A stretch of 49,115 nt of DNA from Klebsormidium nitens. Taxonomy: Eukaryota; Plantae; Klebsormidiophyceae. The translations under genes and the position numbers were made by a program. Shown piece after piece: positions 35,438 through 47,000 of the stretch. The notes under the pieces were generated by a model. It was not told the DNA's origin, searched no databases, and saw only the letters and a list, made by a program, of their open reading frames with translations. The stretch spans positions 1 through 49,115 of the forward strand of contig DF237582.1 of the NCBI GenBank assembly GCA_000708835.1, given 5' to 3'. The number at the start of each line of letters is the position of its first letter. Position 1 is the first letter of the stretch.

Positions 35438-36022
35438 GTGACATTAGGGTTCGTCACTGTCAGTGACAACCGGGCAGAGTCCTTTTGGTTTAGTGTATGT
35501 AGACACTTTCTCTGACCCGGTCCCCATCTGTACCGAGTCCGTACCGCATACTGTACGGTAAAAGCTGACAACTCTGACAAAGTTTTAATCGAAGGACCTG
35601 ATCTGACATTGTGGTTCCACGCGGATACCTTGAGAGCCAATGATCCCGCGTGTGAAACGTTTTCACACTATTTGAAGCCTGAGACACTAACAAAAGGAGA
35701 ATGCTTCGTCGTACTTGCGTCACTGTCAGCAGTATGGGGGCACTTCAACATGCAACATGGTCGTCAGTAGGTGGCCATCCCTGGGCCAGTTTTCATCCCT
35801 CGCAAGCGTTGCGTATTCTGCTTGACGTCAAAAGTCCTGCCTAGCAGTTGTGATTGATAGCGCAGCGCGGTGCTGAGTATCGTCTTTTTCCAAAGAGCAC
35901 CATAGCCTGGAGTCGGCCGTCCCTGTGTCAGATCCAATCCTGTCTGTCAGAAATGCAAACTATGGACTCAGCATAGACAGCATTGCAGGCGGCCCTCTGA
36001 GGGTCTGCACAAGGGTGTTCCC

Positions 36023-39000
36023 ATGAAGCCCCCATCGGGGCCCAAGCAGGAGGGATTGGCCAAGCCGGAGCTGACTGTCTCCCCTCCCGTCTCTCCCCCC
36101 GGCCATTCTGTGCGGCGTTCGCGCCAGTCGCAGGTTTCCCCACTGCAGGCCTCCCCTCACCTCCCACCAGGCTCCCGCAAGGGAGGGGTGCCGGGCGATG
36201 CCGAGCGCCCCCCCACCAAGAGCAAGGCTCCAGCTGCCGAGCTGGCGGAGGGGCCCAAGAAGGTACGGCAGCCCCTGCTGTTGAGCGCTGGCTCCAAGGG
36301 CAGCCCCCCGAAAGGACCAGAGCCCCTGCGGCGCGCCATTGCGGAGTGCACGTCCGGTGCGGGGAGCCGGGGCGTGGCGGCGGACCGCGTGCTGCAGGAG
36401 TACCTGAGCCAGGCCGCCACGTGCGACCTGGCGTACGATTTGCTGCTGGAGCATGCGCGCACCGAGGTGGCGCGCAGCCCGGGCGTGGTCCTGGCCACCA
36501 TCCGCCTCCTCAAGCGCATCCTTTTCCGCTACCTGCCCAGTGCGGGCACGCTGGAGGCCATCGACGCCTTCTGTGCGCAGCTCATGGCAGAACTGAATGA
36601 GGCTGCAGCGGCCAGGCACACGCTCTCGGGGCTGGGCCCCCTCCTGGGCCCCAGGTCAGAGGTGGCGGTTAGCCCCCTCGGTGGCTTCTGCAAGGACTCT
36701 GCAGCGGTGGTCCGGTCACTGGCGTTTTTGAGGGCGTTTGTGGCGCGGCAAGTGGGGCCCATCAGCAGTACCCAGAGGCTGCCGCGTGGCGGGGAGGTGG
36801 CGGGCGAGTCGCGTGGCAAGGGCAGGGCAAAGGTTTCCGAGGCAGCACGGCATGAGGCGGTGCCCGTGGGGCCCGAACACAAGAAGGTTGGGGCGCAGGA
36901 GGCGAGGGACTTCCTGGAGGAGGACGTGTTCAGCTGGCGGTGGATCCTGCGGCCCAGCGCGAAGGGCGGGAAGAAGCAGCCCGCGTGGGCGCCGTCGCCG
37001 GTGCTGCTGGGGAGGTGAGCGCGGGAGGCGGAGGCATGAGGGAGATGCCGCTATGCTTGCGGAGACACTTGTGCAGCTTCTGAGGGAGTGCGACAAGTCC
37101 TGGCATTCCCTGAACTGTTTGCAGCCTACTCCGTGGCAAGCCCCTCATGGCCCGAGTTCTGCAGCGTGACTGTAAGAACGGCCCGTCGCCAGACCAGCTG
37201 CATCAATGTCTTTCGACGGCCTCTCATGCCCCTCCCTGTTCTCCCTGCAGTGGGGGCCTGTCCCGCCCCATACCCCGTCCCGTGCGCACCCTGACTGACT
37301 CGGGTGCGGCTGCCCTGCTCCTCCAATCCACGCCCCTTCCCCAGAGCGTGAGCAGCGAGGTTCGCGCTGGCCCCAAAGCTCAGCTGGCGTCCGACGTCCC
37401 TGCTTTGAATCAGGCCTCCCCCCTCGACCCCGACACCCGCAGGCAGACCTCTGCCGCCTTGCCCGCTGCGGACGCTGCGCTGCTGCAGTCACACATCCGC
37501 ACCATTGCGGCCGCCAAGCGGCGGCCCGAGATGGGGCCGAGGAGCAGCGTCGAGCTGCTGAAAGGCACTCCGGCCAAGCGTCGCACGCGCCCCTTGTTCC
37601 ACTACCGGCCATACGCAGAGCAGCAGGCCCTCCGGCTGAGCGATGCTGAGATGGCGGACGTGCTGGCCGCCGTGTGTGCGGACTCTGCGCCCCAGGGGAA
37701 GGGCCCTGCGCCGCCCGACCCTGGCGTAGGGTCCCCGGCGGATGTGGCGGGCAGCGTGCTGATCAAGCTGCTGCTGGACCTGTACTGCGCGGGGCCCAGC
37801 CTGGCGGGGCCGCTCACGCTGCGCCTCCTGCTGGAGATGCTGGCTGCTGCAGCGCCCGCGGTGCGCTGCCGCGCGTTCGACCTGGTGCTCAACCTGGGGG
37901 TACACGCGCACCTCATCGACCCGGCTGCCATGCACCCGGACGACGCCCCACCGCCGCCGCACGATGCCAGTTCTCCCGCCAGGCCCGGGCAGGCGAACGG
38001 CGCAGGGGGCCGCGCTGCGGTGGCGCAGTTTGAGGAGTGGGCGGTGGCGCTGGTGCGCGAGATGCTGCTGGCGCTGGTGCAGGCGGGGGAGCGGGAGGAG
38101 GCGGTGTGGGTGGCGGGCCTGAGCTGCCTGCTGTACTATGCCGCGGATCAGGGCCACATTTGTCGCCCCAAGGTGGACGGCCTCGATGTGCGGATCCCGG
38201 CGGCCCTGCTGGCCATGAGCCGGCGCCACTGCTGGGCCGATGGCGTGCACACCGCCCTGGTGCGCCTGGCTGTCAACCTGCTGTACGACGGGGGGAAGGG
38301 CACGGGCGGGAAGCGCTCGGAGGGCGGCCTGAACGGGGTCACTGCGGAGGGGCGGCGCGCGCCCACGCTGGACGTAAAGCGGCTGGAGGCACTGGGCGGA
38401 GTCGCGTGGGTGTGCCACGAGTACGCGGAAGGGCGCTCCAGGGAGGTGCGCCGGAACATGTTTGCGGTGCTGTTCGACTTGGCGGTGCTGCGGTACAGCC
38501 AGCAGTGTGCAGACGAGCGGCGCGCTCCGCCGGGCGAAGAGGAGGTGTGCGCAGTGGCCGCCGCGCTGGGCCTGGCCGACGCGCCGGAGGCGGTGGTGCT
38601 GGGCTTCAAGCTGGGCCTGCCAGGGACGGCCGACGCAGTGCGGCAGGCCATCATGGCCGCCATGCAGCGGGACGTCACCTCCGGCCGGCTCAACTCAGAG
38701 GTGAGGCAGGACGTGGGGAAGCATGAGGAGTTTGCTGTGCTTCTTGCTAGTAACGACGACAAAGCAACTCGTGGGTGTTGTTACATTGGCGACATAGTAG
38801 CCGCTTTGTTAAAAGTTGGACAAACTTCTGAGGGGCGCTCGAACGTCCGCCTTTCTTTCCTACGAATATCGTGTCGTCCCCCCGTCCAGCCTGTTTTGTC
38901 CGCTCGTCCCGCGAAGGTCGGTCCCCTTCTTACTCCTCCCTCTCTGCGCCCCCCCTTTCTCCTGCAGCTCCTCGCTGCGGTCACCTCCACTTTGGACGAC

Positions 39001-40942
39001 CTCGCGCTGAGCAGTGCCCGCCCGTCCGCGGCCTTCGCCCCCCAGCTGGCCATCACCGCCGCATCGGACCCTCTCCTCGCACCTTCCGGCTCCGCTCGCT
39101 CCTCCCCCTCCCGCTCGTCCCTGGGCGCGAGCGTCGCTTCCGAGGCCGCGGGCCAGCCGCTGGCGCCCCCCTGGAGACGGCTTAGCCAGGGCAGCGCTCC
39201 CAGCAGCGACCCTGAGGCGCTGGCCACGGCGTGGGCTACCCTGCGCGCGCTCCTACTCTCGCCCCGCGAATCCGACCGCATCCACGGCCGCTGCTGGCTG
39301 ACGGAGCTCCTAAGTGGGGGAGCAGGCACACGAGAGGCGGCCGGCCTGCGACCACTAAAGGGGTCTCCCGCGGAACGCCTGAGCGCCACGCTGCGGGCGA
39401 GCCTGGAGCGGCGCCAGCGGCAGCATCGCCCCTCCTCGTCCGGCGACCCTGGCGGGCAGGCGAGCCCCGGGCCAGAGAGCGGCGCCGAAGAGGAGGCGTG
39501 GGCGGGGGTGCAGCTGCTGGGCGAGCTGCTGCAGTGCCCCGAGCGCGAGGTGCAGGCGGTGTTCTTCGAGGTGGTGGACCGCGCGCTGCTGGCGGCCGAG
39601 ACGGACGGCGCTGCGGCGAACCCCGAGCAGGCGGCGGAGGGGGCCGTGGCCCTGCTGAGTGCGGCGTGCCAGCTGGTGGTGGAGGCCAACAGCGCAGACA
39701 CGCCCACCGTGCTGCGGGTACGCGCTGCCCAGCAAGCAATGGCCAAGCGGGGGGGCCCCGTGTGGGGCTCTCCTTGTCCCATGATGCGGTCTGCCCTGAC
39801 AGAGTCTCTGGATTGCACTGCCCCACTGCCTGTCCTTGATTCCTCCATCAGAGCTGAACATCCGACAACAACTCGAGCCAACCTGCTCCCTGTCCATCCG
39901 CAGATGTGCCACCTCCTGTTCCGCCAGTTGTGCGCGCGCAGGCCCCTCCCACTTCCCCGCGACTCCCCTCTGGAGGGTCCCCTTCCCGCCCTCCTCTTGG
40001 CTGGCCGCCTGCTGGCGTCGCCCCGCCTCCTCGCGCGCCTGCCTGTCGCCCTCCTGCAGTGGCCCCTCCTGCGCCTGCCGGCCACCCCCGTCGAAGGGAT
40101 CGCGCTCACCGCCGCTGTCGGCAGCCGGGGCGGCAGCGGCCCGGGGAGCAGCCTCAGCGACGTCAGGGCTGCCATGCTGCTGCTGCTCATCAGCAGGTGA
40201 GGCCACGCGGCGCAAAAATGCAACCTGTGGATTCGTTGGAGGAGACGGCCGAGATCGCTTGACGGTCATTCTTGCAAAATTAGGAGGCGGGGAAGGGCTC
40301 TCACCCGACTCGTTGCCGCCTCTAGTACCGTGGACACGAGCACGCTGCCTGCATGCATATTGTGGGGAGTGTATGAGGGCGTTCTCCTGCTCCTCTCCCA
40401 CGTGTCTGCTCGCTCTGCTACCCCGCTGTCAGGTGCGAGGAGAGCGTGGCGGCGTTCCAGGCGGTGGGCGGGGCCTTCTTCGAGGCGGTCCTGGACGACC
40501 CCGACCCGCGGCTGGCGCTCTACGTCAGCACGTTCCTGCTGCGCCGCATGGCCCGCCAGCAGCCCGACGGGTACCGCACCGCACTGCAGCGCCTCGTCTT
40601 CCACGCCCAGCAGGTCAGCCCGCCGGCTGGCGTCTGGACCTGGCTCTGCCTGCTTGATATATGCCGGGTGCTGACTGACCGCTGCAGAAGTCGCCCGGGG
40701 TGGGCGCTCGGTCGTGGGCGGCAAAGAGTCGTCTCCTTCGTGCCCTTGGCGGCTACTGTGTCTGTGCTGATTGTGCCCGTGTGCTGCTGATGCGGCCCCC
40801 GTGTCTTTGGCAGAGCAACAACGAGAAGCTGCTCGAGAACCCGTACCTCCAGATCCGGGGACTTCTGCGGGAGCAAGCACAAGCTGAGGCTGAGGGGGTG
40901 CCAACGGAACGGTTTGATACGGAGACTGACGCAGAGGCTTGA
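36023..40942 (+). CDS. Large conserved uncharacterised plant protein (Arabidopsis At3g12590-like), multi-exon
   Basis: Motifs GPEPLRRAIAEC, EYLSQAATCDLAYDLLLEHA, RPLFHYRPYAEQQALRLS, SVLIKLLLDLY, RAFDLVLNLGVHAHL and SNNEKLLENPYLQIRGLL. TGA at 40940-40942. Orthology is from memory only. Confidence 0.75.
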
Positions 40943-43900
40943 CAGACTGATTCCTGGTTAGCCGTAGAGACCGGGCCAGCCAGCCGCGCTGGTCCAATGT
41001 CCAAGGTACGCAGATTGGGCCTCTCCAGGAGCAGGAGTTTCAAATATGATTGCAAGTTGTGGTCTTCAGCCTGCTCTCGTGACAGCATCCCCACTGTGAC
41101 CACTGGGCGAACTACTACTTTCAAGCTGTGGCGTTCTCTGAGCAGTGGCTCCACTTATGCAGCTCAATTTCCACACACGGTGCTGCAATTTGAAAGATTA
41201 ACAGAGCTATCTTGTTTTGATGACCTCAGCGGTTACGTCTTTCTCTGCCATGCAGCAGCATGTTTGATTACAATGATTTACGATCTTGTGCCAGCCAAGG
41301 CCCAGAACTAGTGACTGTTGAATGGGTCACGTGCCATCGAATCATGGATATTGTTTGGTGCACCGGCGGCCTGATTGTGTCTCAGGGGCTTTGCCACTGA
41401 GCGTCTTGCAAGTTGCAACCTTGGTCGAACCGTACTTGTGCTGCGCGATCGGGAATGGCCCGCCGCAATTCGTCCCTAGCTTGCATACTATGATATAGAG
41501 GAGTCTCGTCGGGCTTCGATTAACTTAGATACTAGACATCCCAAAAATATACGTACTGTATATATTTGGGTGTCGGCATACTACATGCACATGCACAATC
41601 ACGCATCAAGTACGTACATACCTATCATGATCCAAGATGGATGATAATCTTGCCGGAACATCTTATCTATAGCCGAATTGCCGCACGTAGGGATCAATCG
41701 ACGTACGAAGATCAAGAAAAGTTCCTACGAACTTGATTCTAGCGGGATGAGAATATTCTATGCCATTCACTTGCAAGACCGCACGCTCGCGTAGCACGAC
41801 GGCAAACCGAGTCGGAATTCGCTCGTCTTGATCCTTGGAGACCGCCCGGCAATGTTCAATGCGAGGCGTGTCAATCAGAGGTAGTAGATTGAAAGACATC
41901 TTTATTGAGTCGGAGAGAGCTACTAGGGCCGAACACAGAGCTAAGAGGGGGTGCTGGATCATCAAGGCTTGGCGGTGGCAGCGGCACGGCAGCGGCCTTA
42001 CCGGGGCTCCGCGGGCAAGGCTTACTGATGGATGGAATATGATGGTGGCGGCCACTTGAACCTTCAGGCTCTGCATCGGAACCGTTGCAGAAACGGTCGC
42101 CGCAAGCCAGTGATGGGGCTAATGTTGCACGGGTTGCGAAGCGGCTACTAAGTACGCTGTTCATTCGCCTAGCGACATTCTCATTACTGCACCCGTTAAG
42201 AACGCGGTTTTGATGGGCGCCTCCACAAAAGTATGCATCGGGCTCATATGCTCGACGTGCAGCATCTTTGAGAGTCGGCAATGAGATCCAGATTAGATTC
42301 AAGGCGTCTTCTGAACGAGCTCGACGGTTTGTTGCTTCACCCTGTCGTCAGCCTATCCCCAGTCGGTCTACCGTCAGCAGCGGTCTCCCTAAACAACAGT
42401 CATTCATCGGCTCACTATTGATCGGCGCGTGTAGTCACTCCGATAGTCTTATAGTCGTGCCACGTGGGTCTATCCACGTTTGCTCGATCATTCCGGCTAG
42501 TTCAAGAGGCGTACCACTACAGCGAGGATCGGGAGCGAAAAGTGACGTTTTCATGAGATGCCGTGGCACTGAGTCTCATAACGACTTCGACTTTGAGTGG
42601 GCTGTGAGTCTTAGTTAAGGAAATTGTTACTGCACCCGCCCGCGTTTTCAAAGCTCGAGGAGTCGTCGATGAAGTTCTTACTTTCAACTTTCACGGTTCG
42701 AGAGTTCAAGAGAGTATAAACTCTAATCTGGATGGTCGAAAGTCTTTCGACGTTAGATCTGACTGACGGGGAAGTACCGTCTGACGTCCGGCGAAATACG
42801 CGCTAGCATCAAATTTCGACCGACGACCAATATAGCGCAAGGTATTGTACGCGAGCAGTATCATCGTGCGCTGGGCGCCGCGAGGAGGCGATCCAACGGT
42901 CTACCATGATCGCCAGCATTCTGGAAGACGCCAGGCGTGAGGTACCTAGCTTGGACTGTTACGGACATACATACCCATGGATATGTAGCAGTGCTATGTA
43001 CATTCAATATACAGGGAAGTTGTAATAACAATATTCATTTTTTAAGTAGCGGAGGACTTTGGCCGCTAGGCCAATGTCCCACGCCTCTCACAAAGTTAAT
43101 CGGCTTATTGCGTCCTGGGCGTTCCAATTTCCGACACCCTTAATTTCAAGTTTGTATGCCCGACGACAATTGTTACCTTATGTTGATTCTCTTTTGGATT
43201 TGATCAAGTTGTCAACCTTATTTTCCTCGTCTACTAGGCTAGTTAGTTCGGTTCATGTTTGCTAGCAACTTCGACTTCCGAACATGCATGTACCATTGTA
43301 AGTGATTAATTGATTGATTGATTGCGAGAAATGCAGGCTTTGGTCCGCGACATGCGTTGGCTACTAGGCTAAAATGTCAACGTTACATCTTGTTGAGAAC
43401 TAGCTGCATGGCTAAAATCATGGCAAACTCATGGCTAAAATCTATCGAAATTACGAATTTCGTTGCATAAAAAAGCTTTGAGCCGAGATTATTGTGTCGG
43501 ATGCCGGGTCGAAATCATGCATGCATGTCGGATGAGAAAATTCCCATCCTGGGCCGTTTATAGAATTACACTGAATTGCTGCACCTGTTTGTTTTGCATG
43601 TACAAATATTTTGTAGGTCAATTACTATGTCATGACATCTTTGATTGCAATTTATTTCATGAGCTGTGTGAAAGAAAATAGTCGAAAATTGTAGGAAATT
43701 TTATAACAAACGCAGTACCTGTATCGTAAGTTTATTATGCGCGATAGACATACTGCGTTTCTTACTACTTTCAATTTGTCGATATTAAATTAAGTGGAAG
43801 AGTTTGACTCAACTGTATTCAAGATTAACTGTATTCAAGATTGACAAAAAAATTCAAAATCAAAAGTATTGCACATGACATCTTAAGGAAAATGTTTTCA

Positions 43901-44293
43901 AACTTATGATTCCAAATAAGACGGCAAAAGTTTTGACGATTATTCCTATCAATCCATTTCAATCAATTCTACCCAATCGCTTGCCAGGTAGGTGTGCACT
44001 CGACAATGTTTCCGGTTCAATTTTCGGTTGCGCTATATCTGCCTCTGTGGTGAATGCTACTGCGTTTAAATAACTTCTATATAACTTCTATATACAAAGA
44101 CCTTTGACAGGATCAAAAGTTCTCTTTTGACATGCCTAAGGAGAGGCGAGTAATCAACCTGACTAGAAAAGCTAGCTGTATCCTATTCATGCTATTGGCT
44201 TTACAATAGTAAGTCAAATCAAATGATTCCTAATACTTTTCTGAGGGATCAACTAATTCCCATGACTGACTCCGTATTGCGATAATTGACTTT

Positions 44294-46291
44294 CTAGAAT
44301 GCAACAGCTGGGGGAAGCGCTGCGATCCTCTGCCCGAAGTTTCCTGACCTCTGCCTCAACACGGAGACGGGCGAATGAGGCTCCGACAAGCATGAATGCT
44401 CATTGTCAGATGAGTTCCCCCCCTCCGCATGGGACTGGAACTTCTTGAATCCAAAACCGTTGGGCTTCTCTGGCTTTCGTGACACTTCCTCTGCCTCATG
44501 CATGCCACTGCCTGACAGCGCCAGGCCAGAATCTGCCATATGTGTGCCACTACCCGATGGTGCCGACTCCCCCTCATCTCTGCCAGATTCCCACTCCCCT
44601 CCTTGTTTCACACTAGTTGCCTCCTCATCAGACCGCGTGTCGCTGTGGCCTGAGGAGGAAGGCAGTCCAAACCTTGTGCTGCTGCCATGCTCCTCCCCAG
44701 CCTTGCCCGCATGCTCCTTCCCAACAGAGGAGCTGGCACTCTGCTCCCTCTTCTCTGCCCCCTCCCACACTCTCTGCCCCTCCTCCTGCAGGGTCTGGCC
44801 CAAATGTGACCGCTTGCGCTTCTTCGGAACAGCCCTCACATCCACCTCCTCATCGGCTGCCCTCTTCCCAGGTCCCCGCTCATTGTAGCCCACAGCGTCC
44901 AACACCTCCCTGATCATGTCCCGCAGCCTCTCCTCCCCGTCCCCCACCACTGCCTCCCTCCACGACTTCCATGAGGCCTCCTGCTTAGACGCCGCCGCAG
45001 CAGCTTCCCTCTGCAGCTGGAACTGTCGCTTGGAATGCTTCAACCGCTCCTCCCGCTTCAGCTTCTTGTGATCACGCTTGGACGCGCTGTGGCGCACCTC
45101 CGTGGGGCCCTTGCTGCTAATGCCAGGCTGCATGCTGAGGTGGGGATCCGCAGAATCCTGGACAGCAGCCACCTTGCATGCCAAGGAGCAGAAGCGCATG
45201 GCGTCGAGCAGGCTGCGCCCACACATCTCACCTGCACATACAAACGAAGTGACATTCGTTTCTGACAAAATTTCAGATTGATAAAGCATATACATCAAGG
45301 AGATAATCTCCGCAATTAGATATCACATGATCCTCTTGAGTGGCCATCCAAAGGACAAACGGTCATTCTTGATCAAGCCAGGTACAATCAGCATCTTTGG
45401 TAGGCCTTCAGATCTTGAGAGCCTCTCTCTTCTTTTGTCTAAACTCAATACTCAGATGTGTGTTCTTAACACATCCGCAATCTCAAATCTCCTTTATCAG
45501 TGCTCATTTTCTGTCGAGGTTACAGCAACATCCTTCAACATGCAATCAACAGAAGCAGTGTATTATGAAACAAATCGCACGCAGCTTTGCTGATGGTGGT
45601 CAGCGCGCTAGGTACTGCAAAGCCCATCAGTGCGGGCAACTTACAGAAGTGATAACCGCCTCTCCACGGCTGCGGAGGCCTTCTCCCCTTGAGGAAGAGA
45701 ATCTGCATCAGGGGCATGACTGTCAGAGGAGAGAAGTGGCAATGGGAAAACACCAAGTTTCTGTCCAATCCATAACAATGGAGAAGACCAGGAGCATAGC
45801 AACCGCGATGAGCAAGACTTCTGACCGTCAATGACTAAAATGCACCTTTGTACCCAAAAAGCCCCTTTGTCCCTACCCTGCAGAAGGCCACAACATAAAT
45901 CCAAGTGCCTCAGCCAGAACATGACTTTGTGTACCTTTGCAAAGTGTGAGGTTGTTGCAAAGATTACCTTGCTGCCATTGATTGTGTACTGCTGTACACC
46001 CTCTGTGTTGACCTGGTGGATCTCATTCACCCTGACCGCATTGTTGTGGCTGGCACGCCTGATCTGCAGGATGTCATGGCCTCTGTGGGAGGAATCCACG
46101 CAGAATGTGCATAGCGCATCCTCATGGCAGTCCAAGCAGTAGAAATTCCTGTCTGTCTTGTGGGAAAAGCCCCCAGTGGAGTGCTCCGGGCAGGGCGTAA
46201 AGAAGGGAGCATCCAGCGCCCCAGTCAGCCAAGCAGGACCCGCTCTCTCCACTGACAATGCTCCATTCATTTGCAAATTGGCCCCTGGCAT
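44294..46291 (-). CDS. PLATZ: PLATZ zinc-binding transcription factor with long low-complexity C-terminus (3 exons: 46291-45968, 45702-45645, 45231-44294)
   Basis: WLTGALDAPFFTPCPEH...NFYCLDC...LCTFC...HRGHDILQIRRASHNNAVRVNEI...VQQYTINGSK|ILFLKGRRP...YHFC|EMCGRSLLDAMRFCSLACK. Splice phases are compatible. Confidence 0.92.
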
Positions 46292-47000
46292 TGCTTTTAA
46301 GCAAAAAAGTGTGATCTAACAAGATTTGCAGATGACAATAAGTAAAACTATGACTACTCTCACTATCAAAGAGTCTCTAAAGTTTCCTCTTGCCTTTACC
46401 ACTGCCCGATCCGTCCAATGGTGCCCAGCTTCTGTTAAACGACCAAAATGCAGGGAGAGCCAATGCGAGAGAAAGTGATGGTAGTTTCCAAGGGACTTCA
46501 GAAGGCCCTGATCAACAGGCAATCTAGGTAGCTTGCGAGCAATGCAGCGTCGTCCCTGCCGCAGTGCTTTGACAGAACAAGCTTCTGGCAGCTTGCATGT
46601 CGACGGTGTGAAGTTGGTCCTTGAGCAGGATCGCAAGTCGCAAGCCTCTCGTCGTGCCAGCTGCCCTGTCCATGCAGCAAAACTGATGCGGTTGCTTAGC
46701 TGTGGTACACGTCGCCTCCGTACCAACGTACCGTACGCCCCACTGGAACGATGGGTCCATGATAGTCTGGTGGGGCCAGAGGACCTGAGCTGTAGACTCT
46801 AGAGGTGGTCGATCGGATCGCCTCTGGAAGGGGGCCAGCCTGTCCGCACTCAGGCATTGGTCCAGGGTCCTGGTGCTGCCTCCGAAACTTCCCGAATCCC
46901 AGATCGCAAATGAGGTTGGGTACGAATGTAGGAAGGTACTTACTGTACCTACTGTACGTGCTCGTACGTGGCAGCAGGATACGATACCTATGTATTAGTA

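Noticed and set aside
35447-35640. N-terminal part of the 197-aa ORF 35047-35640 as coding
   Set aside because: It translates the repeat flank. Only the part below about 35280 is in the recombinase-like frame.
37147-40200. 1017-aa single ORF taken as the real protein
   Set aside because: It starts inside an intron and reads through in-frame introns. The gene starts at 36023 and ends at 40942.
38781-40223. 480-aa minus-strand ORF
   Set aside because: Antisense shadow of GC-rich exons of the At3g12590-like gene. Ala/Arg/Ser-rich with no motif.
40997-41311. 104-aa ORF after the At3g12590-like stop
   Set aside because: Located in the probable 3' UTR, with no motif or codon bias.
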